Shown: positions 1 through 8,664 of the stretch, piece by piece
How positions within the stretch are numbered: the stretch's first letter is position 1
Layout: the number at the start of each line of letters is the position of its first letter
Assembly (NCBI GenBank): GCA_964507275.1
Contig: CAZDPG010000001.1
Location: 340,577-404,576, forward strand
DNA length: 64,000 nucleotides
DNA from: an uncultured Candidatus Saccharibacteria bacterium
GTDB taxonomy: Bacteria; Patescibacteriota; Minisyncoccia; Phycocordibacterales; Phycocordibacteraceae
Reading direction: 5' to 3'
Program-made: the position numbers and the translations under genes
The notes under the pieces: generated by a model
Seen by the model: only the letters and a program-made list of their open reading frames with translations
What the model was told of the DNA's origin: nothing
Database searches by the model: none

Positions 1-225
1 CATCTCCAGGGATCAAAAGTAAATGGGAAACTCGTCTCTTTCGAAACTCCACTCAGCAACGGCGATATCGTTGAGATCATACGCAAAGATTCCGCACACC
101 CTTCGCCGAAGTGGCTCGATATCGTGCGCACGTCGCTCGCGCGGCGACACATCAGGAGTGCTCTCGGCATGACCGAGCAGACCGCGCCGCGTCTCCGTAC
201 GCGCCGCACACGAAAGAGCAAATGA
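1..225 (+). CDS. RelA/SpoT family protein, 3' end (TGS domain); 5' part lies outside the window
   Basis: Frame 1 reads HLQGSKVNGKLVSFETPLSNGDIVEIIRKDSAHPSPKWLDIVRTSLARRHIRS..., matching the RSH TGS pattern (KVNG..V....L.NGD.VEI) and the following helix; TGA at 223-225. Not in the ORF track. Confidence 0.85.
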   Translation, partial: HLQGSKVNGKLVSFETPLSNGDIVEIIRKDSAHPSPKWLDIVRTSLARRHIRSALGMTEQTAPRLRTRRTRKSK

Positions 226-254
226 AAACAGGGCATGATGCCCTGTTTTCATTT
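220..254. terminator. Bidirectional intrinsic terminator
   Basis: Perfect inverted repeat AAATGAAAACAGGGCA-tga-TGCCCTGTTTTCATTT between convergent genes. Confidence 0.8.
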
Positions 255-1238
255 CTAGACAGAGAAGTTGCTGACCGAGTACATGTCCTCATCCTCGGAA
301 GGTTCTTCGGGTGCCGCCGCCGCGACGACGTCGCCTTCCAGCTGCGTGGTATTCGGGAAGACTGGGAAAGAGGCTTGTGGGGCGGTAACTCCCGCTTCTT
401 TTTCTACAGCAAGCACGTCGACGAGCTGTTGGAGATCGTCTGGGGAGAAGAACTCGATGAGCAGACGTCCGCCCTCGGCATTCGTCTCAATGATGACGCG
501 CGTGCCAAGGGTCTCGGTGAGCGACTTTTCAAGCTCGACGATCTCACGCGTCTTGCGGTGATATGAACGCACGCGTTCCTGTGCAATAGAGCGCGCAATG
601 CGCTCGGCAGCACGGACTGGAAGGCGCTTCAGGATAATCTCCCTGAGAAGCGTTTCCTGCTCCTCGGGGCGACTCGTGAGGGCGAGCAGCGGGCGGGCAT
701 GGCCCTCGCTTATCTCTTTCGCGACGATAGCGTTCTGCATATGCTCCGGCAGGGTGAGCAGGCGAATCGAGTTTGAGACGTATTCGCGACTCTTCCCTAT
801 CTTCGCAGCAGTCTCGACATGCGAGAGACCGAACTCATCGATGAGTTTCTGGAGCGCTTTCGCGCGGTCGATGGCATTCAGATCTTCCCGCTGCAGGTTC
901 TCGATGATTGCAAGCTCAAGCTTCGTGAGGTTGCTGTCGCCCTGACGAATCACGACGGGGACCTGCTTCAGCCCAGCAAGCTTCGAAGCGCGCAGACGTC
1001 GTTCCCCGGCAACGAGCTCATACAGAGTCTCGAGACCGCCATCGGGCTTCTCCACCTCGGTGCGAGAGACGACGAGCGGCTGGAGCACGCCATACTGACG
1101 AATGCTCTCCGCAAGCGACTTCAACCCCTCTTCACTGAACTCTTTTCTCGGCTGATACGGATTCGGGACGATGCGCTCGACATCAATCCAGAAGACCGAG
1201 TCGTATTTGGTCGGCACATAGCGAGCATCGTCGTTCAT
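255..1238 (-). CDS. parB: ParB/Spo0J chromosome partitioning protein
   Basis: PNPYQPR, GVLQPLVV, YELVAGERRLRA, ENLQREDL and HTH motifs; start moved to MNDD (1238) because the longer ORF overlaps a tRNA. Confidence 0.93.
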   Translation of the reverse strand: MNDDARYVPTKYDSVFWIDVERIVPNPYQPRKEFSEEGLKSLAESIRQYGVLQPLVVSRTEVEKPDGGLETLYELVAGERRLRASKLAGLKQVPVVIRQGDSNLTKLELAIIENLQREDLNAIDRAKALQKLIDEFGLSHVETAAKIGKSREYVSNSIRLLTLPEHMQNAIVAKEISEGHARPLLALTSRPEEQETLLREIILKRLPVRAAERIARSIAQERVRSYHRKTREIVELEKSLTETLGTRVIIETNAEGGRLLIEFFSPDDLQQLVDVLAVEKEAGVTAPQASFPVFPNTTQLEGDVVAAAAPEEPSEDEDMYSVSNFSV

Positions 1239-1276
1239 GTAAAAAGATTTTAGCATATGGTACTCTGCAATCCATA

Positions 1277-1357
1277 GCCGGGATGGCGGAATGGTAGACG
1301 CAATGGATTCAAAACCCATCGACGCAAGTCATGAGAGTTCGAGTCTCTCTCCCGGCA
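1277..1357 (+). tRNA. tRNA-Leu(CAA)
   Basis: GCCGGGA/TCCCGGC acceptor stem, anticodon loop TTCAAAA, long variable arm, GTTCGAGTC T-loop. Confidence 0.92.
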
Positions 1358-1361
1358 CATT

Positions 1362-1399
1362 AAGAAAGTCGGCCTTCCGTTAGGAAGGCCGACTTTCTT
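1362..1399. terminator. Bidirectional intrinsic terminator
   Basis: AAGAAAGTCGGCCTTCC-gtta-GGAAGGCCGACTTTCTT. Confidence 0.8.
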
Positions 1400-1402
1400 C
1401 TC

Positions 1403-2062
1403 TTATATCTTCCCTACCAGATCCAGTCCCGGTTCGAGCGTATCAGAACCTGGTTCCCACGATGCGGGACATACCTGACCCTTATGTGCTTCGACATACT
1501 GCGCCGCCTGTAGTTTGCGGAGTGTTTCAACCCCTTTGCGGCCTATCGAGTTGTCATTGATCTCCATCGCGCGGAGCACCCCGAGAGGATCGATGATGAA
1601 CGTACCGCGGAGTGCGAGCCCTTCGTCTGGTGTGTGCACTGCTTCGCCGCCCTCGACGAGGACGCCGAATGCGTACGCAAGCTTGCCAGAAGGATCGGCC
1701 GCCATCGGATATTCAATCTGTCCGATTGCCGGAGACGCGTCGTGCCATGCCTTGTGTGTGAATACGGTATCTGAAGACACCGAGATGATTTCAGCACCGA
1801 GCGCCTGGAACTTCGGGTACAGCTTCGCGAGCTCCTCGAGCTCGGTCGGACAGACGAACGTGAAGTCGGCAGGATAGAAGACCAGCACGGCCCACTTCCC
1901 GCGGAGCGACGAGAGGCTCATGGTCGTGACTACGTCTTTGTGATACGCCTCGAACTCGAAATCAGGCACCGCTTCGCCCACCTTCACCTGTGAGATATAA
2001 TCCCGCACGGGGTCATGGAACTCGCCGCAGTGTTCGCAATAGTTGCTTTTAGTATCTTTCAT
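1403..2062 (-). CDS. ahpC: 2-Cys peroxiredoxin (AhpC type)
   Basis: FYPADFTFVCPTEL and VCPASW motifs; probable start MKDTK at 2062, upstream part of the ORF is the antisense of miaA. Confidence 0.93.
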   Translation of the reverse strand: MKDTKSNYCEHCGEFHDPVRDYISQVKVGEAVPDFEFEAYHKDVVTTMSLSSLRGKWAVLVFYPADFTFVCPTELEELAKLYPKFQALGAEIISVSSDTVFTHKAWHDASPAIGQIEYPMAADPSGKLAYAFGVLVEGGEAVHTPDEGLALRGTFIIDPLGVLRAMEINDNSIGRKGVETLRKLQAAQYVEAHKGQVCPASWEPGSDTLEPGLDLVGKI

Positions 2063-2104
2063 ACGTGTATTGGTTAGGTAAGAGCTATGATACCATCGCC
2101 GACA

Positions 2105-2932
2105 ATGGGCACACAAATCCTTCTCATCATCGGACCGACCGCGTCCGGCAAATCCTCGCGGGCGGTGGCGGAAGCGCTCGCACGAGGCGGCGAGGTGATA
2201 TCGGTCGACTCGCGCCAAGTCTACCGCGGACTCGATATCGGGACGGAAAAGATAACCGCCGAGGAGATGCGCGGCGTGCCCCATCACCTGATCGACATCC
2301 GCGAGCCAGGACAGACGTATTCCGCGGGCGATTTCGTACACGACGCGACACGGTTGATTTCTGAGATCTCGGCACGAGGAAAATTGCCGATACTCGCTGG
2401 TGGCACGCACTTTTATTTCGACGCGCTCCTCTATGGCCTGCCGATTGGGACTGATGCGAATCATGAGCTCCGCACCGAGCTCGAGAAACTTTCGACTGAA
2501 GAGCTGTATGCGCGCGTCTGCGCTCGGGATGCCCGCCGAGCTGCCGAGCTCGATCCGCAGAACCGGCGGCGACTCATCCGCGCACTTGAGATCATCGAGG
2601 CGAGAGGAACAGTACCGGAAAGAGTTTCGTCTGCACCGGATTACACAGTCGAATGGATTGTCATCGATCCTCCGCGCGAAGAACTGCGGGCACGTATCGA
2701 CGCTCGCATCGAAGAAGCTCGCGCGCGCGGTCTCATAGACGAAGTGCGGCACGTGCGTGAGGCGGTCGGCGAAGCCCGTCTGAATGAGCTCGGTCTTGAG
2801 TACAAAATTGTCGGCGAATACCTGCGCGGAGAAATTATGGAAATAGATCTCCTCCCCACGCTCAAGGCAAAGCTGTGGCAGTACGCACGCCGCCAGAAGG
2901 CGTGGCTGCGCAAGCTAGAACAAACACGTTAA
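2105..2932 (+). CDS. miaA: tRNA dimethylallyltransferase
   Basis: GPTASGKS P-loop, DSRQVYRGLDIGT, GGTHFY, YARRQKAW; start 2105 or 2087. Confidence 0.95.
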   Translation: MGTQILLIIGPTASGKSSRAVAEALARGGEVISVDSRQVYRGLDIGTEKITAEEMRGVPHHLIDIREPGQTYSAGDFVHDATRLISEISARGKLPILAGGTHFYFDALLYGLPIGTDANHELRTELEKLSTEELYARVCARDARRAAELDPQNRRRLIRALEIIEARGTVPERVSSAPDYTVEWIVIDPPREELRARIDARIEEARARGLIDEVRHVREAVGEARLNELGLEYKIVGEYLRGEIMEIDLLPTLKAKLWQYARRQKAWLRKLEQTR

Positions 2933-3816
2933 TCAAGACCCGCGTCGCAGCCGCAACCATTCTGTTGCCCTACACTCACATGCAGATGATTCCCTTCGTT
3001 GAGCGAACTTGCTCCGCACTGGTTCGCTATCGTCGCGAGTGCATTCAAATCTCCAGCGAGGTCGACAGCATATGAGGAGCCTGTGCAATTCCGCCCACCA
3101 TAGTGACAGGAGTTAGCGGTGTGGGCGCACCCTATCTTCTTGCCACTCGCTGCACATTGTTCGATGGTGGCCTTGCCGCTCGTGATGGCGCTATCTGAAA
3201 TTGAGGTGATGATGGCATTTTTCGTCAGCTTATCGCTCATGCAAGACAAAAGCCCAGCAAGCGGAACCGATTCGGTAACTACTTGAGCATCTATACCTGG
3301 ATTAAAAGTGAACTTCCCTGCTCCACCGCCGGGAGTAACGCCGAGAGTCGGGATACCGGTCTGCTGAGCCTGGTTCAGGCTCGCCTTGAGAGGAATGCAG
3401 AAGTCGCCGCCGCCCGTCGTGATGAGGTTCGTCCAAGTACTGCCCGCGTCTTTAGGATTGTAGAGCACTGCCATGACGGCATCGACTATCATCCAGCCCG
3501 CAAGCGCGATAACAATACCAGTGACAGTATTCGTGAGGATCTTTTTCGCTGCCTCTTTCCCCCCTGCATTCACCGGATTGAGGACAAAGAGAAAGCCGGA
3601 GTAAGCGATCATCAGCGGCGCGATGAAGACGATGACGATTGTCAGGAGGAAGCTGATGAGGTTATTAATCACGATCATGAGTAATCCCCAGCCTGCCGCG
3701 CACTGGTTATACGCTTCGGGGATGATAGGGCCGAAGAACGGCACTCCTGCGTATGCAAACTGCGGCAGAACGAATGTCCCGAGCAGGAGGATGAATACTG
3801 GAATGCGGAAACGCAT
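2929..3816 (-). CDS. Pilin-like (TrbC/VirB2-type) membrane protein with a Cys-rich C-terminal M15-like Zn peptidase domain
   Basis: Signal peptide (AYA), two TM segments flanking AKKILTNTVTG..IAL.GW; C-terminal SCHYGG..AVD and NHLHVS motifs. Confidence 0.6.
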   Translation of the reverse strand: MRFRIPVFILLLGTFVLPQFAYAGVPFFGPIIPEAYNQCAAGWGLLMIVINNLISFLLTIVIVFIAPLMIAYSGFLFVLNPVNAGGKEAAKKILTNTVTGIVIALAGWMIVDAVMAVLYNPKDAGSTWTNLITTGGGDFCIPLKASLNQAQQTGIPTLGVTPGGGAGKFTFNPGIDAQVVTESVPLAGLLSCMSDKLTKNAIITSISDSAITSGKATIEQCAASGKKIGCAHTANSCHYGGRNCTGSSYAVDLAGDLNALATIANQCGASSLNEGNHLHVSVGQQNGCGCDAGLD

Positions 3817-3891
3817 GAGTACATCATACCGTGCGCCATCCGTGAGTAGGCGGCTTTTCCCCTCCCGTCTTATCTGTTATCGTTCATGTAC

Positions 3892-3962
3892 GGGTCCATC
3901 GTATAGTGGTAGTACATCGGTCTCCAAAACCGACAGTCCAGGTCCGATTCCTGGTGGGCCCG
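3892..3962 (+). tRNA. tRNA-Trp(CCA)
   Basis: GGGTCCA/TGGGCCC acceptor stem; TCGGT-CTCCAAA-ACCGA anticodon arm. Confidence 0.92.
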
Positions 3963-3996
3963 CATCTTTTGAAATGCTTGGTATACTAGCGTCATC

Positions 3997-4926
3997 ATGG
4001 CGCAAAAGAGCATCCTATTCGTCTGTACCGGAAACATCTTCCGAAGTCTGGCGGCCGAACAAGGTTTCAAGAAATATCTCTTAGACAATGGGATCCCCGG
4101 ATGGCATGTTGGCTCGGCGGGTATCCATGCCGTGCCGCAGGCCGTCGATCCAAAGACGCTGGAGACGCTATGCGAGGTTGGCATTACTGATATCGAGCAC
4201 GAGCAGCGGAAACTCACTCGAGAGATGCTCGAACAGTACGACGTTATCGTCGGTATGGCGCAAGACCATATCGATTTCATGAAATCACAATTCAATTATA
4301 AATACGGCATCCTTTTCAATGAGCTCGCCCAGCACGAAGCAACTTCTGTCCGAGACATAGATGAGGTGCCGGAGTATCAGACGAACCCGCAGGCAGTGGA
4401 GGAAAAGATTGAGTGCACTGTGAAGGACATCGTCGAAAAGATTCCTGCCGTATTCAAAAATGTGACTGAACGTTTCTATCTCTTTAAGAATTTTGCCGAA
4501 GGAAAGACTACTCATCGAAACGGCTACCCGTTCATCACCCTGCACGAAACCCCGCACTCGATTGCCTTCATGTCCATCGACATCCCCTTTAACGAAGACG
4601 GTCATGTTCTCGTAATTCCGAAAGAGAGATACCCAAGCCTCTCGGATATACCGGATGAGACCCTGAAAGATATACTCGCTTCTATCAAGAAGGTGGGTGA
4701 GGCTTTCAGCATCGATCATGGTGGCTACAACGTCCTCCTTAATAACGGACTGGATGCCGGACAATACATCATACACACCCACTTCCACATCATCCCGAGA
4801 CGGAGCGGCGACGGCATCACGATCGAAGGCTGGGAGCGCCCGAAGATCAGCCGTGATGATTTCATACGATTCAACGAGGATCTGAAGCGACAGATAGAGC
4901 AGCTACCCTCCTCGGTGATAGAATAA
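3997..4926 (+). CDS. Low-molecular-weight phosphatase/ArsC-like domain fused to a HIT hydrolase domain
   Basis: N-terminal FVCTGNIFRS and SAG motifs; C-terminal GHVLVIPK, AGQ and HTHFHII. Confidence 0.85.
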   Translation: MAQKSILFVCTGNIFRSLAAEQGFKKYLLDNGIPGWHVGSAGIHAVPQAVDPKTLETLCEVGITDIEHEQRKLTREMLEQYDVIVGMAQDHIDFMKSQFNYKYGILFNELAQHEATSVRDIDEVPEYQTNPQAVEEKIECTVKDIVEKIPAVFKNVTERFYLFKNFAEGKTTHRNGYPFITLHETPHSIAFMSIDIPFNEDGHVLVIPKERYPSLSDIPDETLKDILASIKKVGEAFSIDHGGYNVLLNNGLDAGQYIIHTHFHIIPRRSGDGITIEGWERPKISRDDFIRFNEDLKRQIEQLPSSVIE

Positions 4927-4947
4927 TCCGCCAATGCAGACACTAAT

Positions 4948-4978
4948 GCAAACCGCCCTTTCGGGCGGTTTTGCTTTG
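4948..4978. terminator. Intrinsic terminator between convergent genes
   Basis: AAACCGCCC-tttc-GGGCGGTTT hairpin. Confidence 0.7.
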
Positions 4979-4984
4979 ATGAGA

Positions 4985-5140
4985 TTACTTCTTTGCCTCC
5001 TTGAAGGTGACACGCTTCCTAAGCGTGGGGTCGAACTTCGTGAGTTCAATCTTGCGCTCGGTAGTCTTCTTATTCTTGCGCGTCCAGATGACGTGCGGCG
5101 ACTTCGTCGACTTGAGCTTGATGAGGCGAATCTGTGACAT
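4985..5140 (-). CDS. rpmG: 50S ribosomal protein L33 (Cys-free form)
   Basis: Translated by hand: MSQIRLIKLKSTKSPHVIWTRKNKKTTERKIELTKFDPTLRKRVTFKEAKK (51 aa); below the ORF-track cutoff. Confidence 0.92.
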   Translation of the reverse strand: MSQIRLIKLKSTKSPHVIWTRKNKKTTERKIELTKFDPTLRKRVTFKEAKK

Positions 5141-5190
5141 ACAGAAAACTTACCAGAATCGGCCGATTTTCGCAATGGACAGGCCGGATT

Positions 5191-7866
5191 CTAGACGGCT
5201 GTCGCAGCTGCCCGTTTCGAGCGAATCGCAGTCTTCTTCACCTCGAAATGCGGCTCACCGCCCTTGATGGAAACGGTCACTGTCCCGCCCTCGAGCAACC
5301 CTTGGCTCACCATGAGCGAAGCGAGTGGTGTGAGTATCACGTCCTGTATCGTGCGGCGAAGCGGGCGTGCCCCGTATTCCGGGTTGTATCCCTTCTCGGC
5401 AAGCCAGGTATGCACCTCCGGCGATATCGCGAGCGCGATGCGCTTCTGTGCGAGGCGGCTCTTTACCTCCTCGACCTGAGTATCGACGATGCGCGCGAGC
5501 GCTTCCTTCGCGAGCGGATCGAAGATGATGATGTCATCGAGGCGATTGAGGAACTCAGGACGGAAATGCTCCTTGAGCGAGTCCATCACCTTCTCTTTCG
5601 TCTCTTCATACCGGGTCGCCTCGGTCGCTTCTGCAACGCCGAAGCCGAGGTGCGCGAGTTTATCGATGAATTCACCGCCGATGTTGCTCGTAAGCACGAT
5701 AATCGTGTTCTTGAAATTGACCTTGCGGCCCTTGCCGTCGGTCAGGTGCCCCGAATCGAGTACTTGAAGCAATATATTGAATACCTCCGGATGTGCTTTC
5801 TCGATTTCGTCGAAGAGCACCACCGCGTACGGGCGATGGCGGATGCGCTCGGTGAGCGTCCCCGATTCCTCGTAACCGACATAGCCCGGCGGCGCGCCGA
5901 TGAGCTTCGCCACCGAATGCTTCTCCATAAATTCGCTCATGTCCACACGTACGAGAGCATCGGTGTCATTGAACATAAACTCCGCGAGCTTCTTCGAGAG
6001 TTCAGTCTTGCCGACGCCGGTCGGGCCAAGGAAAAGAAAGGAACCTATTGGACGATTCGGGTCGCTGATGCCGACGCGTGAACGCTTCACGGCATCCGTT
6101 ACCTTCTTCACCGCGATATCCTGTCCGATGATACCGTGCTTGAGCGCCTCCTCCATGCGAGTGAGCTTAGCCGCTTCCTCTTCGAGCATGCGCGCGACCG
6201 GGATGCCCGTCCAGCGGGAGACGACGGCCGCAATATCCTGCTCGGCCACCTCCTCGTTCAGCACGCGACGGGACTTCTGCAGGGACTTCAAGCGTTTGAG
6301 CTTCGTCTCGAGATCTTTCTGGATGTGCGGAATCTTACCGTAGCGGATCTCTGCGACCGTACCAAGGTCCGCGGCCGCCTCGGCATTGTCTGCCTGTATC
6401 TTGAGCGTCTCGAGCTCGGTCTTCGCGGCACGGATGCCTCCCAGTACTTCCTTCTCGTTCTTCCACTTAAGCTCAAGCTCGCTCGTCTTTTCCTTCAGAT
6501 CGGCAACTTCAGAGTCGATGACTTTGATACGTTCCTTGATCTCCTTGGCATGCTCGCCTTCCAGATCCTTCTGGAGCGCTTGTCGCTCAATTTCGAGCCG
6601 GCGAATCTTGCGGTCAGTCTCTTCCAGAAGCGGCGGCTTGTTCTCAAGAGCGATGCGCAGTCCCGACGCAGCTTCGTCGATAAGGTCGATCGCCTTATCG
6701 GGGAGGAAGCGATCGCTGATATAACGGCTGGAGAGCTCGACGGCAGCAACAATAGCCCCGTCGGTGATGCGCACGCCGTGAAAAAGCTCGTACTTGTCGC
6801 GCAGTCCGCGCAGTATGGCGATGCCGTCTTCAACAGAAGGCTCTTGTACGAAAACTGACTGGAAGCGGCGTGTGAGTGCCGCATCCTTCTCGATGTACTT
6901 CTGATACTCCTTGAGTGTAGTCGCGCCGATGACGCGAATCTCGCCGCGAGAGAGTGCCGGCTTCAGCATGTTCGACGCATCGAGCGAGCCTTCAGCGCCA
7001 CCCGCTCCCACGAGCGTATGGAGCTCATCGACGAAGAGGATCACCTTCCCTTCCGCGCGCTCCACCTCCTTCATGACGTTCTTCATGCGCTCCTCGAATT
7101 CGCCGCGATACTTCGTGCCGGCAATCATGAGCCCGAGGTCGAGTGAGAGGAGCTCCTTGCCTTTAAGCGATTCCGGAACATCATTCTGCGCCATACGCGC
7201 GGCAAGCCCTTCAGCAATCGCGGTCTTTCCGACGCCAGCTTCGCCTATGAGAATCGGATTGTTCTTCGTGCGGCGAGCAAGAATCTGGATGACCCGGTTA
7301 ATCTCGATATCACGCCCGATAACCGGATCGAGCTTGTTCTCAGCTGCCATCTTAGTGAGGTTGCGCGCGTACTTGGCGAGCGCCCGGAAACGCTTCGGCT
7401 CCGCTCCCTGTCCGTCCTTCGAACTTTTAAGCTCCTTCAGGACAGCTACTGCTGCTTCGTGTCCTATCGAGAAGCGCGCAAGGATGTCTGCCGCTGGACC
7501 TGGATGCTCAATGACAGCAAGGAAGAGATGCTCCGTGCCGACAAATGTATCGTTCATGCGCGCGGCGATCTTCCCTGCCGATTCGAGTGCCTGAGCGAGG
7601 TCGGGAGTGAGATATATCTGGTATGACGGAGAGAGCACCGACGCGCTCTCCGGCGTCTCCAAATGTTCAAGCACGGCATCAGCAAGCATGATGGTATCAA
7701 CCTCCATGCGATCGAGTATCGAGAACACCAGTGATTCCTCCTGAAGAATGAGGGCTGCGAGCAAGTGGAGCGGTGAGACATGGTTCTGTCCTCGCTCTAT
7801 CGCGAGTTCGTGTGCACGCCGAACGGCTTCTTTGGCTTTGGTGGTGAAATTATTAAATGGTGGCAT
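5191..7866 (-). CDS. clpB: ATP-dependent disaggregase ClpB
   Basis: Clp N-domain, two AAA+ modules (GEAGVGKT, GPTGVGKT) and a long coiled-coil middle domain. Confidence 0.93.
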   Translation of the reverse strand: MPPFNNFTTKAKEAVRRAHELAIERGQNHVSPLHLLAALILQEESLVFSILDRMEVDTIMLADAVLEHLETPESASVLSPSYQIYLTPDLAQALESAGKIAARMNDTFVGTEHLFLAVIEHPGPAADILARFSIGHEAAVAVLKELKSSKDGQGAEPKRFRALAKYARNLTKMAAENKLDPVIGRDIEINRVIQILARRTKNNPILIGEAGVGKTAIAEGLAARMAQNDVPESLKGKELLSLDLGLMIAGTKYRGEFEERMKNVMKEVERAEGKVILFVDELHTLVGAGGAEGSLDASNMLKPALSRGEIRVIGATTLKEYQKYIEKDAALTRRFQSVFVQEPSVEDGIAILRGLRDKYELFHGVRITDGAIVAAVELSSRYISDRFLPDKAIDLIDEAASGLRIALENKPPLLEETDRKIRRLEIERQALQKDLEGEHAKEIKERIKVIDSEVADLKEKTSELELKWKNEKEVLGGIRAAKTELETLKIQADNAEAAADLGTVAEIRYGKIPHIQKDLETKLKRLKSLQKSRRVLNEEVAEQDIAAVVSRWTGIPVARMLEEEAAKLTRMEEALKHGIIGQDIAVKKVTDAVKRSRVGISDPNRPIGSFLFLGPTGVGKTELSKKLAEFMFNDTDALVRVDMSEFMEKHSVAKLIGAPPGYVGYEESGTLTERIRHRPYAVVLFDEIEKAHPEVFNILLQVLDSGHLTDGKGRKVNFKNTIIVLTSNIGGEFIDKLAHLGFGVAEATEATRYEETKEKVMDSLKEHFRPEFLNRLDDIIIFDPLAKEALARIVDTQVEEVKSRLAQKRIALAISPEVHTWLAEKGYNPEYGARPLRRTIQDVILTPLASLMVSQGLLEGGTVTVSIKGGEPHFEVKKTAIRSKRAAATAV

Positions 7867-7882
7867 AGGTTTCTTCTCTATA

Positions 7883-8650
7883 TTACTTCGTAGGAGCGGT
7901 CGACGTTGCAGCGGTCGACGTTGCAGTGAGGAGGTTGGTTATCACGTTCGTACCGATGAGGAACCCTGGCGTTGCACCAGCGCCGATACCGATGAGGTTG
8001 CCGGACAAATCGACGACCGCGCTTCCCGTACCGATATCCGGTAGGGTGGTATGGATGCCCTTCTCGCTCACTCGCGCGACAATACCGGTGGCAGCGAAGC
8101 CATCGGCACTGAGGGCGAGAGCTGTCTCACCGAGTTTGAGATCGCTTGGAGCGACAAGCACAGGCGAGGTCATTTTTGGCAACGCCGCGTCATCGGCGAA
8201 ACCGTAAATTGCGATACCTTTCCCTGCGTGCGCAAGCGACGCCGGAATGAATGATCCGTTCGTGAATTCTATGAGCACTTCTTTCGGAAGCGCGTCCTGA
8301 GCTGCTGTTGCGACGGCGCGCGTCTTGGGAAGATAGGTGCCAATGCTGATGGCTGGCGTCGACGTACCAGTCTCGGCTGCGTAGATGGCGACGGCTCGAG
8401 CGGCCGCGGCTCCTATGGCTGCCGTGACGAGGTCCTGATTCGATGGGGCGGATGCCTGTATGACCGCTGCCGGTGCGGCTGCGACCGTCTCTATCGTCCG
8501 CTCAACGACGCGGTTCACTGTCTGTGTCACGAATGCCGGCGCATGATCAAGCAGCGAGACCGTGAGGATGCCGGTCGCGACCGAGGTCACGAAATTGACG
8601 AGAATCGTGAGCAATATGAGCTGAGATTTTGAGAGTTCCTCGATATCCAT
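7883..8650 (-). CDS. Membrane-anchored trypsin/HtrA-like protein, catalytic motif degenerate
   Basis: N-terminal TM segment; GTGSAVVDLSGNLIGI aligns by eye with GNSGGPL.N..G.VIGI. Confidence 0.55.
   Translation of the reverse strand: MDIEELSKSQLILLTILVNFVTSVATGILTVSLLDHAPAFVTQTVNRVVERTIETVAAAPAAVIQASAPSNQDLVTAAIGAAAARAVAIYAAETGTSTPAISIGTYLPKTRAVATAAQDALPKEVLIEFTNGSFIPASLAHAGKGIAIYGFADDAALPKMTSPVLVAPSDLKLGETALALSADGFAATGIVARVSEKGIHTTLPDIGTGSAVVDLSGNLIGIGAGATPGFLIGTNVITNLLTATSTAATSTAPTK
7896..7927. repeat. 15-bp tandem duplication encoding ATSTA-ATSTA
   Basis: AGCGGTCGACGTTGC x2 at the 3' end of the CDS. Confidence 0.8.
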
Positions 8651-8664
8651 ATGCGCTAATAATG

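Noticed and set aside
2063-2752. Apparent 449-aa AhpC fusion; similar long N-terminal extensions on pth, lepB, orn, the alpha/beta hydrolase and two pilins
   Set aside because: The extensions overlap other real genes; downstream starts give family-typical lengths
7896-7927. 15-bp tandem repeat as a phase-variation site
   Set aside because: In-frame, only two copies, in a low-complexity C-terminal tail
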